A stretch of DNA of 64,000 nt from Bacteroidales bacterium UBA1410 (GCA_002305015.1 DBPW01000014.1:6633-70632); one strand, 5' to 3'. Positions 40,305-51,343 are shown, numbered from the stretch's first letter. Numbers and translations: made by a program. Notes: a model not told the origin generated them from the letters alone.

Positions 40305-40365
40305 AAATTTATGTTGCAAATGTAAAAAATCATTTCTTGAAATCCATATTTTCGGGAGGGAGAAA

Positions 40366-40968
40366 TTACAAATAGGCTACCTCAACGCCGTAAATTTGGG
40401 AAAGAATTCCAAATAATCGGTCCGATTGCGATTTCCGAACGTGCACGGTCACCGTGCAATCTTCTGCAAAATCCGGGTCCCACCTAACCCCCTCCACCTG
40501 TTTGAGCACACGCATCACATCATTCAACAACAGGTAGGGAAAGCGAATAACCAGGGTATCGTCCACCGTCTTTTCGACAATTTCTGCATTGGCAATGGCT
40601 TGCGCCGCTGCTTCCTTATAGGCTTTGATAAGACCGGATGTGCCCAACAATATCCCGCCAAAATAACGTACCACGATAACCAACACATCCGTTAACCCGG
40701 CAGCATGAATTTGCCCGAGAATCGGGCGCCCGGCCGTGCCCGAAGGTTCGCCATCGTCACTAAAACGGAAGTCGGTGCGCTCCCATCCCAACACATATGC
40801 CCAGCAAACATGGCGGGCGTCGATATATTTTTTCCGATATTCATCCAACACAACTTTTGCCTCGTCCGCAGTTTCTACATGCAGGGCATAAGAAATGAAT
40901 TTGCTCATTTTTTCCTTGATGCAGGCCGTGCCTTCTTCTTTTATTGTTTTAAAAACATCATCCTCCAT
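40366..40968 (-). CDS. yigZ: YigZ/IMPACT family protein
   Basis: KMSKFI, ARHVCWAY, SDDGEPSGTAGRPIL, VVRYFGGILLG.GL.AY. Confidence 0.93.
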   Translation of the reverse strand: MEDDVFKTIKEEGTACIKEKMSKFISYALHVETADEAKVVLDEYRKKYIDARHVCWAYVLGWERTDFRFSDDGEPSGTAGRPILGQIHAAGLTDVLVIVVRYFGGILLGTSGLIKAYKEAAAQAIANAEIVEKTVDDTLVIRFPYLLLNDVMRVLKQVEGVRWDPDFAEDCTVTVHVRKSQSDRLFGILSQIYGVEVAYL

Positions 40969-41342
40969 AATGCAAAAATACAACGATCCTTTCAATATAC
41001 ATAAATTAAAACGAACGATCCCGTTTGCAGGAAAAAGAGGTTTAGAAAAGCCGATTTTTACAATAATTCTACCCTCATTTCAATAACATGATTTAAGGTG
41101 TACGACCGTAGTAGTTAAATATTAATACATAGGAAAGAAGCGAAAACTTCGATGCATAACGAAAATCAAATCAGGAAGACGAAAAAAAATTCCATCAACC
41201 ACAAAAACATACGTAAAGAATAGAGAAAAAAACCTTCACCTCATAATTTTTTAGTATGTTTGCAGTGAACTCAGTTCACGTATTCTTGTTAAAAACAAAA
41301 TTCGAATGATTACATTTCGTTTCATTACTAAATTAAACAACA

Positions 41343-42149
41343 ATGAAGCACACCAAACTTTTTGCCACGTTACTATTCATGATCTTCATTTTCACCATGG
41401 GATGCCGTCAGAAAAAAGACAACCGGTTCCGGGCAAATGAAAGCGAATGGATTCAGTTATTTAACGGGAAAGACCTGAACGACTGGACAGTTAAGATAAA
41501 AGGATACAATGTCAATGAAAATTTCGGCAACACTTTTCGAGTAGAGGATGGAATGATAAAAGTACGTTACGACCAATACGAAGCGTTTGACGATCGATTT
41601 GGACACCTCTTCTATAAAGACACCTTCTCGCATTACATCATTCGCGTGGAATATCGTTTTGTGGGCGAGCAATGCCCGGGAGCACCCGAATGGGCCTACA
41701 AAAATTCGGGAATCATGATTCATGGCCAATCGCCGTTGTCAATGGATAAAGATCAAGATTTTCCGGTTTCCATCGAGGTTCAGCTACTTGGAAGCGATTC
41801 CCTCGTGCAACGTCCTACATTGAATGTCTGCACACCGGGTACAAATATTGTCATGAATAATCGGTTGATCCTCGAACATTGCATCAATTCAACCGCACCT
41901 CCGGCCTTTGGAGAAGATTGGGTAACGGCTGAAATAGAAGTACGTGGAAATGAAGTCATCAAACACATCCTCAACGGAGATACGGTTTTGGTGTATAATC
42001 AACCTCAACTCGACGATAGAGATCCTAATTTTTCGAAATTGGAGGCATTAAACGGCGGGAAAATGCTAAATAAAGGCACCATTTCGTTACAAAGCGAAGG
42101 ACATCCATGCGATTTCAGGAAAGTTGAATTAAAAATAGTAAAGGAATGA
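41343..42149 (+). CDS. DUF1080 (3-keto-disaccharide hydrolase-like) lipoprotein
   Basis: Lipobox TMGC, WIQLFNGKDL..W, NSG, SIEVQL, GTISLQSEGH..FRKV. Confidence 0.88.
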   Translation: MKHTKLFATLLFMIFIFTMGCRQKKDNRFRANESEWIQLFNGKDLNDWTVKIKGYNVNENFGNTFRVEDGMIKVRYDQYEAFDDRFGHLFYKDTFSHYIIRVEYRFVGEQCPGAPEWAYKNSGIMIHGQSPLSMDKDQDFPVSIEVQLLGSDSLVQRPTLNVCTPGTNIVMNNRLILEHCINSTAPPAFGEDWVTAEIEVRGNEVIKHILNGDTVLVYNQPQLDDRDPNFSKLEALNGGKMLNKGTISLQSEGHPCDFRKVELKIVKE

Positions 42150-43573
42150 AATTACGCTACCTTGTCACGCTATTTGTTTGTGTGCTCGGTTGTTGTATTC
42201 TCCGGGGACAAACGCTTGAAGAAGCAAAGAAACTGTATTTGGAAGGCCGCTATGCAGAAGCATTGCCAATCTTCCAAACCGAATATCTCTTAAATCCAAC
42301 TGATGCTTCACTCAATCAATGGTTGGGCGTATGTCTCTATGAAACAGGCAACGAATCGAATGCCGAAAAATACCTCCTTTATGCTTCACAAAAAAAGATT
42401 CCCGAAGCATACCTCTATTTGGGGGAACTCTACACGAAAATGTATCGTTTTGACGAGGCTGAAAAAGAATTTGAAAAATATCAGAAAATTAAACGCCGCG
42501 ACAAGGAAGCATTGGCGCGCTTAGAAGAAAAACAGGCTTATGCCAACCGACTGAGACGTCTCATTAAACGAACGGAAGACGTTCAGATTATAGATAGCCT
42601 TATCGTGCCGAAAAATAAATTTCTTTCGGCTTATCATTTGAGTGCTTCCTCAGGATCGCTTGTACCGATGAACGAATTTTTCCGCAACTATCCAAATCGT
42701 ACACTCCCTCTATTTATCAACGAAAAGAAAGACAAAATCTATTTCTCGCAACAAGATTCGCTTCAGGGACTCGATATCTGCACAATGGAGAAGCTGTTGG
42801 ACGATTTCGGCAATCAAAAGGTACTTCCCGCACCCGTAAACGACAAAAAAGATCAGGCCTACCCTTTTGTGATGACCGACGGCGTGACATTCTATTTTGC
42901 TTCCACCGGACACAATTCACTGGGGGGATACGACCTGTATGTGACCCGCTATAATGTGTCATCGGATTCATACCTGAACCCCAATCAATTGAACATGCCG
43001 TTCAATTCGCCGTTTAACGATTACATGATGGCTGTTGACGAAGAAAAAAACGTAGGGTGGTTTGCCACCGACCGTTTTTTATCTAAAGATTCGGTTTGTG
43101 TATACACCTTCATACCCAATAGACAGGTGAACTTGATTGAAAGTAATGACGAGAAATACCTGATTAATCGGGCGCGCATTTTATCCATCAAAGATTCTTG
43201 GAAGCCCGGGGTTGATTATTCGCCACTTATTGCTCTGGCAAAAGAAGAACAAGCGTTGACTCGAAAAGAAGAAAAAGGCGATTTCGAATTTATTGTGGAC
43301 GACAGACATACCTACTATAAACTCTCCGATTTCAAAAGCCCGACAGCCAGAGAACTTTATTCAAAGGCATTGAGGTTGCAGGCTACGCTCGACCGCTATC
43401 AGAAAGAATTGTCAGCCAAACGAGACCAGTATGCAGAGAGCAATGCTGCAGAGAAAAACAACTTGGCTGCATCCATTCTCTCTCTCGAAAAAGAAACAGA
43501 AGCCTTGTTTAAGGAGATTCAACAATTGATCTTGCAAGCCCGACTTGAAGAAATAAGAAATATATCGCGTTAA
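42146..43573 (+). CDS. Exported TPR plus PD40-like protein with C-terminal coiled coil
   Basis: Signal peptide, TPRs, FYFASTGHNSLGGYDLYVT, NMPFNSPFND. Confidence 0.75.
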   Translation: MKLRYLVTLFVCVLGCCILRGQTLEEAKKLYLEGRYAEALPIFQTEYLLNPTDASLNQWLGVCLYETGNESNAEKYLLYASQKKIPEAYLYLGELYTKMYRFDEAEKEFEKYQKIKRRDKEALARLEEKQAYANRLRRLIKRTEDVQIIDSLIVPKNKFLSAYHLSASSGSLVPMNEFFRNYPNRTLPLFINEKKDKIYFSQQDSLQGLDICTMEKLLDDFGNQKVLPAPVNDKKDQAYPFVMTDGVTFYFASTGHNSLGGYDLYVTRYNVSSDSYLNPNQLNMPFNSPFNDYMMAVDEEKNVGWFATDRFLSKDSVCVYTFIPNRQVNLIESNDEKYLINRARILSIKDSWKPGVDYSPLIALAKEEQALTRKEEKGDFEFIVDDRHTYYKLSDFKSPTARELYSKALRLQATLDRYQKELSAKRDQYAESNAAEKNNLAASILSLEKETEALFKEIQQLILQARLEEIRNISR

Positions 43574-43597
43574 ATTTAATCTATATGGGTACTCATC

Positions 43598-44083
43598 ATG
43601 ACATTTAATATCCTTATTGTTGCGACTGTCATTTTACTAGGAATTATATTCCTGCTTATCGAGATTTTTCTTCTCCCGGGCATCAGTATTGCAGGCATTG
43701 CCGGACTGGTATTTATCATTGGCGGTATCGCTTATGCCTATGTTTTTTTGGGAACAGCTGCAGGAAACATTACCTTGCTGATTGCTGCCGTATTACTTGC
43801 GGGCGGATTTATAGGACTTTTACGATCGAAAACCCTGAAAAAAATCGCTTTGACCAAAGAAATCGACAGTACGGTTGATACCGGCGACCTGAAAAAAATT
43901 CAAATAGGAGACCAAGGAATCACGCTCTCGCGTTTAAATCCCATTGGAAAAGTCGGCATTAAAGGATTGGCTGTTGAAGGCAAATCGGCAGATGGAGAAC
44001 TGATTGACGAGGGAACGCAGGTAGAAGTCGTTAAAGTGAATTCCTCAAATATCATCGTAAAAAGAAAAGAACCAACAAATTGA
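43598..44083 (+). CDS. Short NfeD-family protein
   Basis: EIFLLPG..IAG TM region and OB-fold GITLSRLNPIG...VEVVKV. Confidence 0.88.
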   Translation: MTFNILIVATVILLGIIFLLIEIFLLPGISIAGIAGLVFIIGGIAYAYVFLGTAAGNITLLIAAVLLAGGFIGLLRSKTLKKIALTKEIDSTVDTGDLKKIQIGDQGITLSRLNPIGKVGIKGLAVEGKSADGELIDEGTQVEVVKVNSSNIIVKRKEPTN

Positions 44084-44122
44084 TACATCATTTTAATATC
44101 AACACTATTAATACACATCATT

Positions 44123-45112
44123 ATGCAATTCAGTTTAATCATCATTATTGCGGTAATCGTTGTTTTTATCCTCATCTTTTTTCACTATGTACCGTTCTTT
44201 CTATGGATCAATGCCCTGTCGGCCGGAGTAAATATTCCGTTGGTACAACTTTTTCTCATGCGGTTGCGCCGTGTTCCGCCACATATCATTGTATATGCCT
44301 TGATTGAAGCGCACAAAGCCGGATTAAAAAACATCACGCGAGACAATCTCGAAGCCCATTATCTGGCGGGGGGACATGTCGAGAAAGTAGTCCATGCCTT
44401 GGTTTCGGCATCGAAAGCTAACATTGATCTTACCTTTCAAATGGCTACGGCAATCGATCTTGCCGGTCGCGACGTATTGCAAGCCGTGCAGATGTCTGTA
44501 AACCCTAAAGTGATCGATACACCGCCGGTTACCGCTGTAGCCATCGATGGAATTCAGCTAATAGCAAAAGCGCGCGTAACAGTACGTGCCAATATCAAAC
44601 AACTGGTGGGGGGAGCCGGAGAAGAAACCATTCTCGCACGCGTGGGCGAAGGCATCGTTTCGTCGATTGGTTCTGCCGTATCCCATAAATCGGTCCTCGA
44701 AAATCCCGACTCGATATCCAAACTTGTTCTGAAAAAAGGACTGGATGCCGGTACAGCTTTTGAAATTCTCTCTATCGATATCGCTGACATCGATATAGGG
44801 AAAAATATTGGCGCCGTTCTGCAAATGGATCAGGCCCAGGCCGATAAAAACATTGCTCAGGCCCGTGCCGAGGAGCGTCGGGCCATGGCTATTGCCCTTG
44901 AACAGGAAATGAAAGCCAAAGCGCAGGAAGCGCGAGCCAAAGTAATTGAAGCAGAAGCCGAAATTCCTATCGCCATAGCAGAAGCTTTCAGAAGCGGTAA
45001 TCTGGGAATAATGGATTATTACCGCATTCAGAATATCAAGGCTGATACCGATATGCGCGACGCCATTGCCAAACCCCAAGAAAGCGACGAGAGAAAACCT
45101 CAATCCAAATAA
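44123..45112 (+). CDS. floA: Flotillin-like protein FloA (YqfA/UPF0365)
   Basis: [48 protein letters not shown]. Confidence 0.93.
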   Translation: MQFSLIIIIAVIVVFILIFFHYVPFFLWINALSAGVNIPLVQLFLMRLRRVPPHIIVYALIEAHKAGLKNITRDNLEAHYLAGGHVEKVVHALVSASKANIDLTFQMATAIDLAGRDVLQAVQMSVNPKVIDTPPVTAVAIDGIQLIAKARVTVRANIKQLVGGAGEETILARVGEGIVSSIGSAVSHKSVLENPDSISKLVLKKGLDAGTAFEILSIDIADIDIGKNIGAVLQMDQAQADKNIAQARAEERRAMAIALEQEMKAKAQEARAKVIEAEAEIPIAIAEAFRSGNLGIMDYYRIQNIKADTDMRDAIAKPQESDERKPQSK

Positions 45113-45140
45113 AAAATATTTTTCTAATCATCCCCGACGT

Positions 45141-46007
45141 ATGAGAATTATACCGGAATCGGAATTGATCATTAATGCTGACGGGAGCGTGTTTCATCTT
45201 CATCTGAAACCGGAACAACTTTCCGATAAAATCGTGATGATGGGCGACCCCGATCGTGTAACAACTACCGCTTCGTTTTTCGACAATATTGAATATGAAG
45301 TGCAGAATCGCGAATTTCACACCATCACGGGAACATACAGAGGAAAACGGATTACTGCTCTTTCGCACGGCATAGGAACAGACAACATCGACATTGTGCT
45401 CACCGAATTAGACGCTTTGGCCAACATCGACTTCGAAAAACGAAGCGTTAAAGAGGAATTCACACCCTTAACTTTGGTGCGGGTGGGTACTTCAGGGGGA
45501 ATGCAGCCTCACTGCCCGGTGGGATCGTATGTGATTTCTGAAAAATCCATCGGATTTGACGGCTTAATTTATTACTATGCCGATTCGAAAACGGTTCGTG
45601 AAGAAAATTTCGAAGAGGCGTTTCGCAACCATGTAAATCTATCGCCGTACCTTTGTACTCCCTATGTGGTAAGTGCCGATGACGAACTGGTCAATCGAAT
45701 CGGGTTCGATATGATAAGGGGAGTAACCGTTTCTGCCGTAGGGTTCTATGGACCGCAAGGTCGTTATGTACGTCTTCCTTTAGCCGATCCCGATATGAAC
45801 ACAAAAATCCAATCGTTCCGCTACGGCAAGTATGTTATTACTAACTACGAGATGGAAAGTTCTGCGCTTGCAGGTTTGAGCAAACTCATGGGACACAAAG
45901 CTATGACCGTTTGCCTCATTATTGCAAACCGAGTTGCACTCAACTCAAAGCCCGATTATAAAGGTTCGATCGAGGAGTTGATAAAAACTGTTCTTGACAG
46001 AGTATAA
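45141..46007 (+). CDS. Nucleoside phosphorylase (uridine phosphorylase-like)
   Basis: GDPDRV, GIGTDNIDI, RVGTSGG, GFYGPQGR, NYEMESS; ATG at 45141. Confidence 0.9.
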   Translation: MRIIPESELIINADGSVFHLHLKPEQLSDKIVMMGDPDRVTTTASFFDNIEYEVQNREFHTITGTYRGKRITALSHGIGTDNIDIVLTELDALANIDFEKRSVKEEFTPLTLVRVGTSGGMQPHCPVGSYVISEKSIGFDGLIYYYADSKTVREENFEEAFRNHVNLSPYLCTPYVVSADDELVNRIGFDMIRGVTVSAVGFYGPQGRYVRLPLADPDMNTKIQSFRYGKYVITNYEMESSALAGLSKLMGHKAMTVCLIIANRVALNSKPDYKGSIEELIKTVLDRV

Positions 46008-46058
46008 AAGGTATAAAGAATATAAACAGTCGAATCAAAAATAAAATTTAAACATGAG

Positions 46059-48857
46059 ATGAAAAAAGCTTTATTATTTTTATTCCTGGCCATAAATTTA
46101 ACAGCATGGTCACAACAAATCGAACCCCTACCCATCGATCCGAACGTACGTAAAGGAACGCTTGAAAACGGTCTGACCTATTACATCCGCCACAACAACT
46201 TGCCCGAAAACAGAGCCGATTTTTACATTGCACAAAAAGTAGGCTCTATGCAGGAAGAAGACCATCAGGCCGGATTGGCTCACTTTTTGGAACACATGGC
46301 ATTCAACGGCACAAAAAATTTCCCGGGGAAAAGCATGCTCGATTACCTGGAAAAAAACGGAGTGAAATTCGGAGCAAATGTAAATGCGTATACCTCTTTT
46401 GATGAAACCGTATATTATCTTACCAATGTTCCCATGGTTCGGCAAGGCTTGTTGGACTCCTGCCTGCTGATCCTTCATGACTGGTCGAATGCGATTTCGC
46501 TTGAAACCGAAGAAATAGAAAAAGAGCGAGGCGTAATCCGTGAAGAATGGCGCACGCGCGGAGGTGCACAATCGCGCATCTTGGAAAAACTGCTTCCCGA
46601 AATGTACAAAGGGAGCAAATATGCCGACAGATTACCCATCGGAAAAATCGAGGTGATCAACAATTTCAAACCCGAAGAGCTGCGTGCTTATTATAAAAAA
46701 TGGTATCGTCCCGACCTCCAAGGAATCATCGTTGTGGGGAACGTAAACGTGGATCAGGTTGAAGCAAAAATCAAACATTTTTTCTCTCCGATAGAGCTTG
46801 ATCCAAACCGTCCAAAACGTGAATATTACCCTGTTCCCGACAACGAAGACCCCATTGTGGCCATGGCTACCGACCCTGAAGCAACGCGCATCAACTTGAT
46901 GGTATTCTATAAACACGACCCTCTACCCGACGAGGTCAAACTATCGCAAGCCGGTTTAATTGCGAATTATATTAACACCGTAGTTTCTCAAATGATAAAC
47001 GAACGGCTTCAAGAAATTGTCCAAAAGCCTGATGCACCATTTACTTCGGCCTATGCCTATGATGACAATTACTATATTGCGAAAACCAAAGATGCATGGA
47101 CGGTGGTAGGAAATTCATCGGAAAACAAAATCAACGATGCCCTGGCTGCCATGATTCGCGAAACAGAACGCATGAAGCGTTTCGGGTTCACCGTTTCGGA
47201 ATACGATCGAGCACGTGAAAATTTGCTCAAAAGCTATGAGAATGCCTACAATAATCGTGACAAGCAACGCAATGCAAGCTACACAGGCGAATACCTTGGA
47301 AATTTTCTAAACAGCGAGCCTATTCCCGGAATCGAATATGAATACGAAATGATGCAAACCATTGCCTCGCAAATCCCCGTGGAAATCATCAACCAAACTG
47401 TTGCACAATTGATTGGTGATAAGAATGTGGTCATCTCTGTTTCCGGTCCGGAGAAGGAGGGAATAGCCTATCCAACAAAAGACGAATTGGTTGCTCTCTT
47501 TAACAAAGTAAACGCAGAAAAAATAGCACCTTATCAGGAAGAAATTTCTGATGAACCGCTTGTACCCAATTTACCTGCTCCGGGAAAAATTCGAAAAACG
47601 GAAAAAAACGAAACATTGGGAACTACCGTATGGACATTGGGAAACGGCATGAAAGTAGTGTTGAAATCAACCGATTTCAAAAACGATGAAATAGTAATGA
47701 CCGCAACCAGTGAGGGGGGAACTTCTATTTATGCCGAAGAAGATCCTCTCAACAGCAAGGTAATGAATCAAGTAATGACATTGGGAGGAGTAGGCAACTT
47801 CAGCGTAACAAACCTTCGTAAAGTTTTGGCAGGAAAAAGAGCAACGGCATCTCCCTCCATCAGCCTCACCACGCAAAGCATGAACGGTTCTTCTTCCATA
47901 AAAGATTTCGAGACCATGCTGCAACTGGTTTACCTGTACTTTACTGCCCCACGCAGCGATAACGATGCTTTCGTTTCTTACATCCAACGCATGGAAACGC
48001 AGCTGAAAAACCAGGAAGCAGACCCCATGGTGGCTTTCAGCGATTCGGTAACGTATGCGCTCTATGGCAACAATCCGATGACTAAAAGATTAAAAGTAGA
48101 GGACCTGCCAAAGATCGATTACGGGAAAATTATGAAAATGTACAAACAAAGTTTCAGTAATCCGGGAAGTTTCACCTTTACCTTTGTGGGAAATATCGAT
48201 GAAGAGAAAGTGAAGCCGATAATTGAACAATACCTTGCTTCGCTGCCGGGAAAACCAACAAAAACCGAATTTAAAAAGATTCCTATGAATTACCGAAAAG
48301 GATTGATATACAACGTCTTTGAACGCGAAATGCAACTGCCCAAAGCGTCGGTATTCAATGGAATCACGGGTACAATCGATTTTACGCAAAAAAACCGAAT
48401 GTTGATGAGCATGCTCGGACAAATTCTCGATATTGTTTACACCGAAAAAATCCGAGAAGATGAAGGAGGAACATACGGTGTTTATGCCGGTGGCGGAATT
48501 TCAAGGTATCCCAAAAATCAATCCCTTCTGCAAATTATATATGACACAGACCCGGCAAAAATGGAAAAGCTGAACGCTATTGTCCTCGACGAACTGCAAT
48601 TGATAGCAGCCAACAGCCCGCGGGAAACAGATTTCTCGAAGGTAAAAGAGTTCATGAGAAAAAAATACTACGAGAATATAAAAGAAAACAGCTATTGGCT
48701 AAATATCCTGGATAATTATTATTTCTACGGCGATGATGATCATAGCAATTATTTGAAAATATTGGAAAGTATCACGCCAAACGATGTGAAAGTCTTTGTA
48801 AAAGAATTTCTATCGCAAAACAACCGGGCTACCGTTATTATGATGCCGAAAGAATAA
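46059..48857 (+). CDS. M16 zinc peptidase (PqqL-like), exported
   Basis: Signal peptide, HFLEH inverted zinc motif, NAYTSFDET, IREDEGGTY. Confidence 0.93.
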   Translation: MKKALLFLFLAINLTAWSQQIEPLPIDPNVRKGTLENGLTYYIRHNNLPENRADFYIAQKVGSMQEEDHQAGLAHFLEHMAFNGTKNFPGKSMLDYLEKNGVKFGANVNAYTSFDETVYYLTNVPMVRQGLLDSCLLILHDWSNAISLETEEIEKERGVIREEWRTRGGAQSRILEKLLPEMYKGSKYADRLPIGKIEVINNFKPEELRAYYKKWYRPDLQGIIVVGNVNVDQVEAKIKHFFSPIELDPNRPKREYYPVPDNEDPIVAMATDPEATRINLMVFYKHDPLPDEVKLSQAGLIANYINTVVSQMINERLQEIVQKPDAPFTSAYAYDDNYYIAKTKDAWTVVGNSSENKINDALAAMIRETERMKRFGFTVSEYDRARENLLKSYENAYNNRDKQRNASYTGEYLGNFLNSEPIPGIEYEYEMMQTIASQIPVEIINQTVAQLIGDKNVVISVSGPEKEGIAYPTKDELVALFNKVNAEKIAPYQEEISDEPLVPNLPAPGKIRKTEKNETLGTTVWTLGNGMKVVLKSTDFKNDEIVMTATSEGGTSIYAEEDPLNSKVMNQVMTLGGVGNFSVTNLRKVLAGKRATASPSISLTTQSMNGSSSIKDFETMLQLVYLYFTAPRSDNDAFVSYIQRMETQLKNQEADPMVAFSDSVTYALYGNNPMTKRLKVEDLPKIDYGKIMKMYKQSFSNPGSFTFTFVGNIDEEKVKPIIEQYLASLPGKPTKTEFKKIPMNYRKGLIYNVFEREMQLPKASVFNGITGTIDFTQKNRMLMSMLGQILDIVYTEKIREDEGGTYGVYAGGGISRYPKNQSLLQIIYDTDPAKMEKLNAIVLDELQLIAANSPRETDFSKVKEFMRKKYYENIKENSYWLNILDNYYFYGDDDHSNYLKILESITPNDVKVFVKEFLSQNNRATVIMMPKE

Positions 48858-48866
48858 AAAACGGTT

Positions 48867-51335
48867 TCATTCTTTTATATAAATACGTTTGACGCGAGGA
48901 GATACGGAAGTGAGAATCTCATAAGGTATTGTACCGATACATTCTGCCAGGTCAATAACCGATGGAGTTTCACCAAACACCACAACCGTATCTCCTTCGT
49001 TTGCTTCAATCTCGGTGACATCGACCATACAAAGATCCATGCAAACGTTACCCACAATGGGGGCAAACTTGCCGTTAATAAGTACTTTGCCGTTTCTGTT
49101 GCCAAATTTCCGATCAAGGCCATCAGCATATCCGATGCGGATAGTCGCAATACGGGCATCGCGATTGAGTTCTTCTTTTCTGCCGTATCCTACGGTTTCA
49201 TGCCCCGGAATGTTTTTAATCTGCAAAATTGTGGTTTTCAACGTGCACACGTTTCTCAATCCCTTCAATCCGCTTGCACTCACCCCGTAAAGCCCAATGC
49301 CCAACCTCACCATATCCCACTGAGCATCGGGGAAACGTTCTATTCCGGCCGAATTCAAAATATGTTTATAAACGGTATATCCCAACCCTTTTTCAATTTC
49401 TTCGGAGGCAAGCTTTAACGTCTCCACTTGACTATTTGTGAACTCGTCAAAAATCCAACTTTCACTGGCAGCCAAATGAGAGAATACCGACTTCACACGT
49501 AAACCTTTTTGCGATTGCAATACGCCGAGCAATTGGGGAATCTCTTCCGGCAAAAAGCCCAACCGATGCATGCCGGTATCAATCTTAATATGGATGGGGT
49601 AATGGGTAATTCCCCGACTTTCTGACTCTTTGATAAAAGCTTCGAGTATTCTGAAATTGTAAACTTCAGGTTCCAAATCATTCGAGAATAATTCTTCAAA
49701 ACCGTTTACTTCGGGATTTAAAATAATAATGGGCAGCGAAATGCCTGAAGAACGTAGCGCTAACCCTTCTTCGGTAACAGCAACAGCCAGATAATCGCAA
49801 CGATGATATTGAAGCGTTTTTGCTATTTCCACAGCCCCTGCTCCATAGCCGTTGGCCTTAACCATACATATCATTTTGACGCCGGGAGATAGCTTCGATT
49901 TATAAAAGTTGAAATTGTGTACCACTGCATCCAAATCTACTTCCATTACCGTTTCATGAATCCGTTCTTCAATCAAAGCCGTAATTTGCTCAAAATGATA
50001 TTCTCGAGCACCTTTTACCAAAATAAGTTCGTTATCGAAGTTTCTCCAAATTCCCGATTTAATAAATGCTTCCGTCGAAGGAAAAAATTGTTTTTCCATT
50101 TTGAAAGCACCCGCATTGTCCGAAATATCGTGTCCGATACCGATCAATTTATCGACACCGCTTTGTTCTACCATTTCGGCAACCCTTTTGTACAGCGACT
50201 TCGGCATGATTCCTGTTTGGAGAATATCAGACAAAATCACGGTCTTTTTCATAGGACGATCCATCTTGCGCTGATTCTGAAAGTCGAGTGCAATTTTGAT
50301 CGAATTGACATCCGAATTATAAGTATCATTGATAATGATGCAATTGTTTTTTCCCTGACGCACATCCAAACGCATAGCCACCGGTTCCAACGTCATCATT
50401 CGTTTGGAAATTTCTTTTGGATGAATACCCAAAAAAAGCAAGACCGCAAGACAGTGGATGGCATTTTCGATGGAAGCGTCATCGGTAAAAGGAATATCCA
50501 CCGAATGTTCAAAACGAAGAAAAGAATAATGGATGGTGGTCTTTTTTTCTTGTATCTCGATTTTGGAGATATACAAGGGTGCATCGCTACGTTTTCGCGA
50601 CCATGAAAAAGCTTTTTGCGAAAGCAACATCATATCGGCACACCGACTGATTAAATCGTTGTCTTCATCATAGATAACCACATTGCTATTCACAAACAGT
50701 GCCATTTTCTCCATACATTTCTGCTGAAGAGAGGTAAAATTCTCCTGATGGGCTTCCCCTATTTTTGTCAGGATACCGATTGTCGGGCGAATAATCGGTT
50801 CTAAATATCCCATTTCATCGGGCATGGAAATACCTGCTTCAAAAATACCGAGCTCAGTGGTATCATCGAGCTCCCAAACCGATAAAGGAACACCGACTTG
50901 CGAATTGTAACTCCGAGGAGAACGAACAATATTGAAATTATCTTGCAAAAGTCGGTAAAGCCATTCTTTTACAATAGTTTTTCCGTTGCTGCCTGTAATT
51001 CCGATGACAGGAATATCGAATCGGCTTCGGTGATAAGCAGCTAATTTTTGCAAAGCGCGCAACGTATTTTTTACGTACAAAAAATTGCTTCCGGGAAGAT
51101 TCTCCCATTCCGGCAAACGCTTACTTACCACAAAATTGCGTACACCTGCCGAATAAAGCTCAGTAATAAATGAATGCCCGTCGTTATTTTTTGTTTCCAA
51201 TGCAAAAAACAACGTATGAGATGGCGAGCCGGAAAGCCTACGGCTATCGATCAATAAGGTAGAAATTTCCGATTCGATTAAATTTGCATTTTTCACACCC
51301 AGAATGGATGCAATTTTCGTAATTTTATAAGTCAT
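48867..51335 (-). CDS. alr: Bifunctional MurF-like ligase / alanine racemase
   Basis: GITGSNGKT and NDTYNSD (MurF) fused to MVKANGYG, HIKIDTGMHRLG, GTIPYE (Alr); ATG at 51335. Confidence 0.95.
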   Translation of the reverse strand: MTYKITKIASILGVKNANLIESEISTLLIDSRRLSGSPSHTLFFALETKNNDGHSFITELYSAGVRNFVVSKRLPEWENLPGSNFLYVKNTLRALQKLAAYHRSRFDIPVIGITGSNGKTIVKEWLYRLLQDNFNIVRSPRSYNSQVGVPLSVWELDDTTELGIFEAGISMPDEMGYLEPIIRPTIGILTKIGEAHQENFTSLQQKCMEKMALFVNSNVVIYDEDNDLISRCADMMLLSQKAFSWSRKRSDAPLYISKIEIQEKKTTIHYSFLRFEHSVDIPFTDDASIENAIHCLAVLLFLGIHPKEISKRMMTLEPVAMRLDVRQGKNNCIIINDTYNSDVNSIKIALDFQNQRKMDRPMKKTVILSDILQTGIMPKSLYKRVAEMVEQSGVDKLIGIGHDISDNAGAFKMEKQFFPSTEAFIKSGIWRNFDNELILVKGAREYHFEQITALIEERIHETVMEVDLDAVVHNFNFYKSKLSPGVKMICMVKANGYGAGAVEIAKTLQYHRCDYLAVAVTEEGLALRSSGISLPIIILNPEVNGFEELFSNDLEPEVYNFRILEAFIKESESRGITHYPIHIKIDTGMHRLGFLPEEIPQLLGVLQSQKGLRVKSVFSHLAASESWIFDEFTNSQVETLKLASEEIEKGLGYTVYKHILNSAGIERFPDAQWDMVRLGIGLYGVSASGLKGLRNVCTLKTTILQIKNIPGHETVGYGRKEELNRDARIATIRIGYADGLDRKFGNRNGKVLINGKFAPIVGNVCMDLCMVDVTEIEANEGDTVVVFGETPSVIDLAECIGTIPYEILTSVSPRVKRIYIKE

Positions 51336-51343
51336 AGCACTAA

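Noticed and set aside
31745-48857. Apparently higher GC, possible genomic island around the RND operon
   Set aside because: Visual impression only, not computed. It spans core genes (topA, yigZ), with no integrase, tRNA or flanking repeats seen.
48867-51335. MurF-Alr fusion as a novelty
   Set aside because: A well-known Bacteroidetes feature
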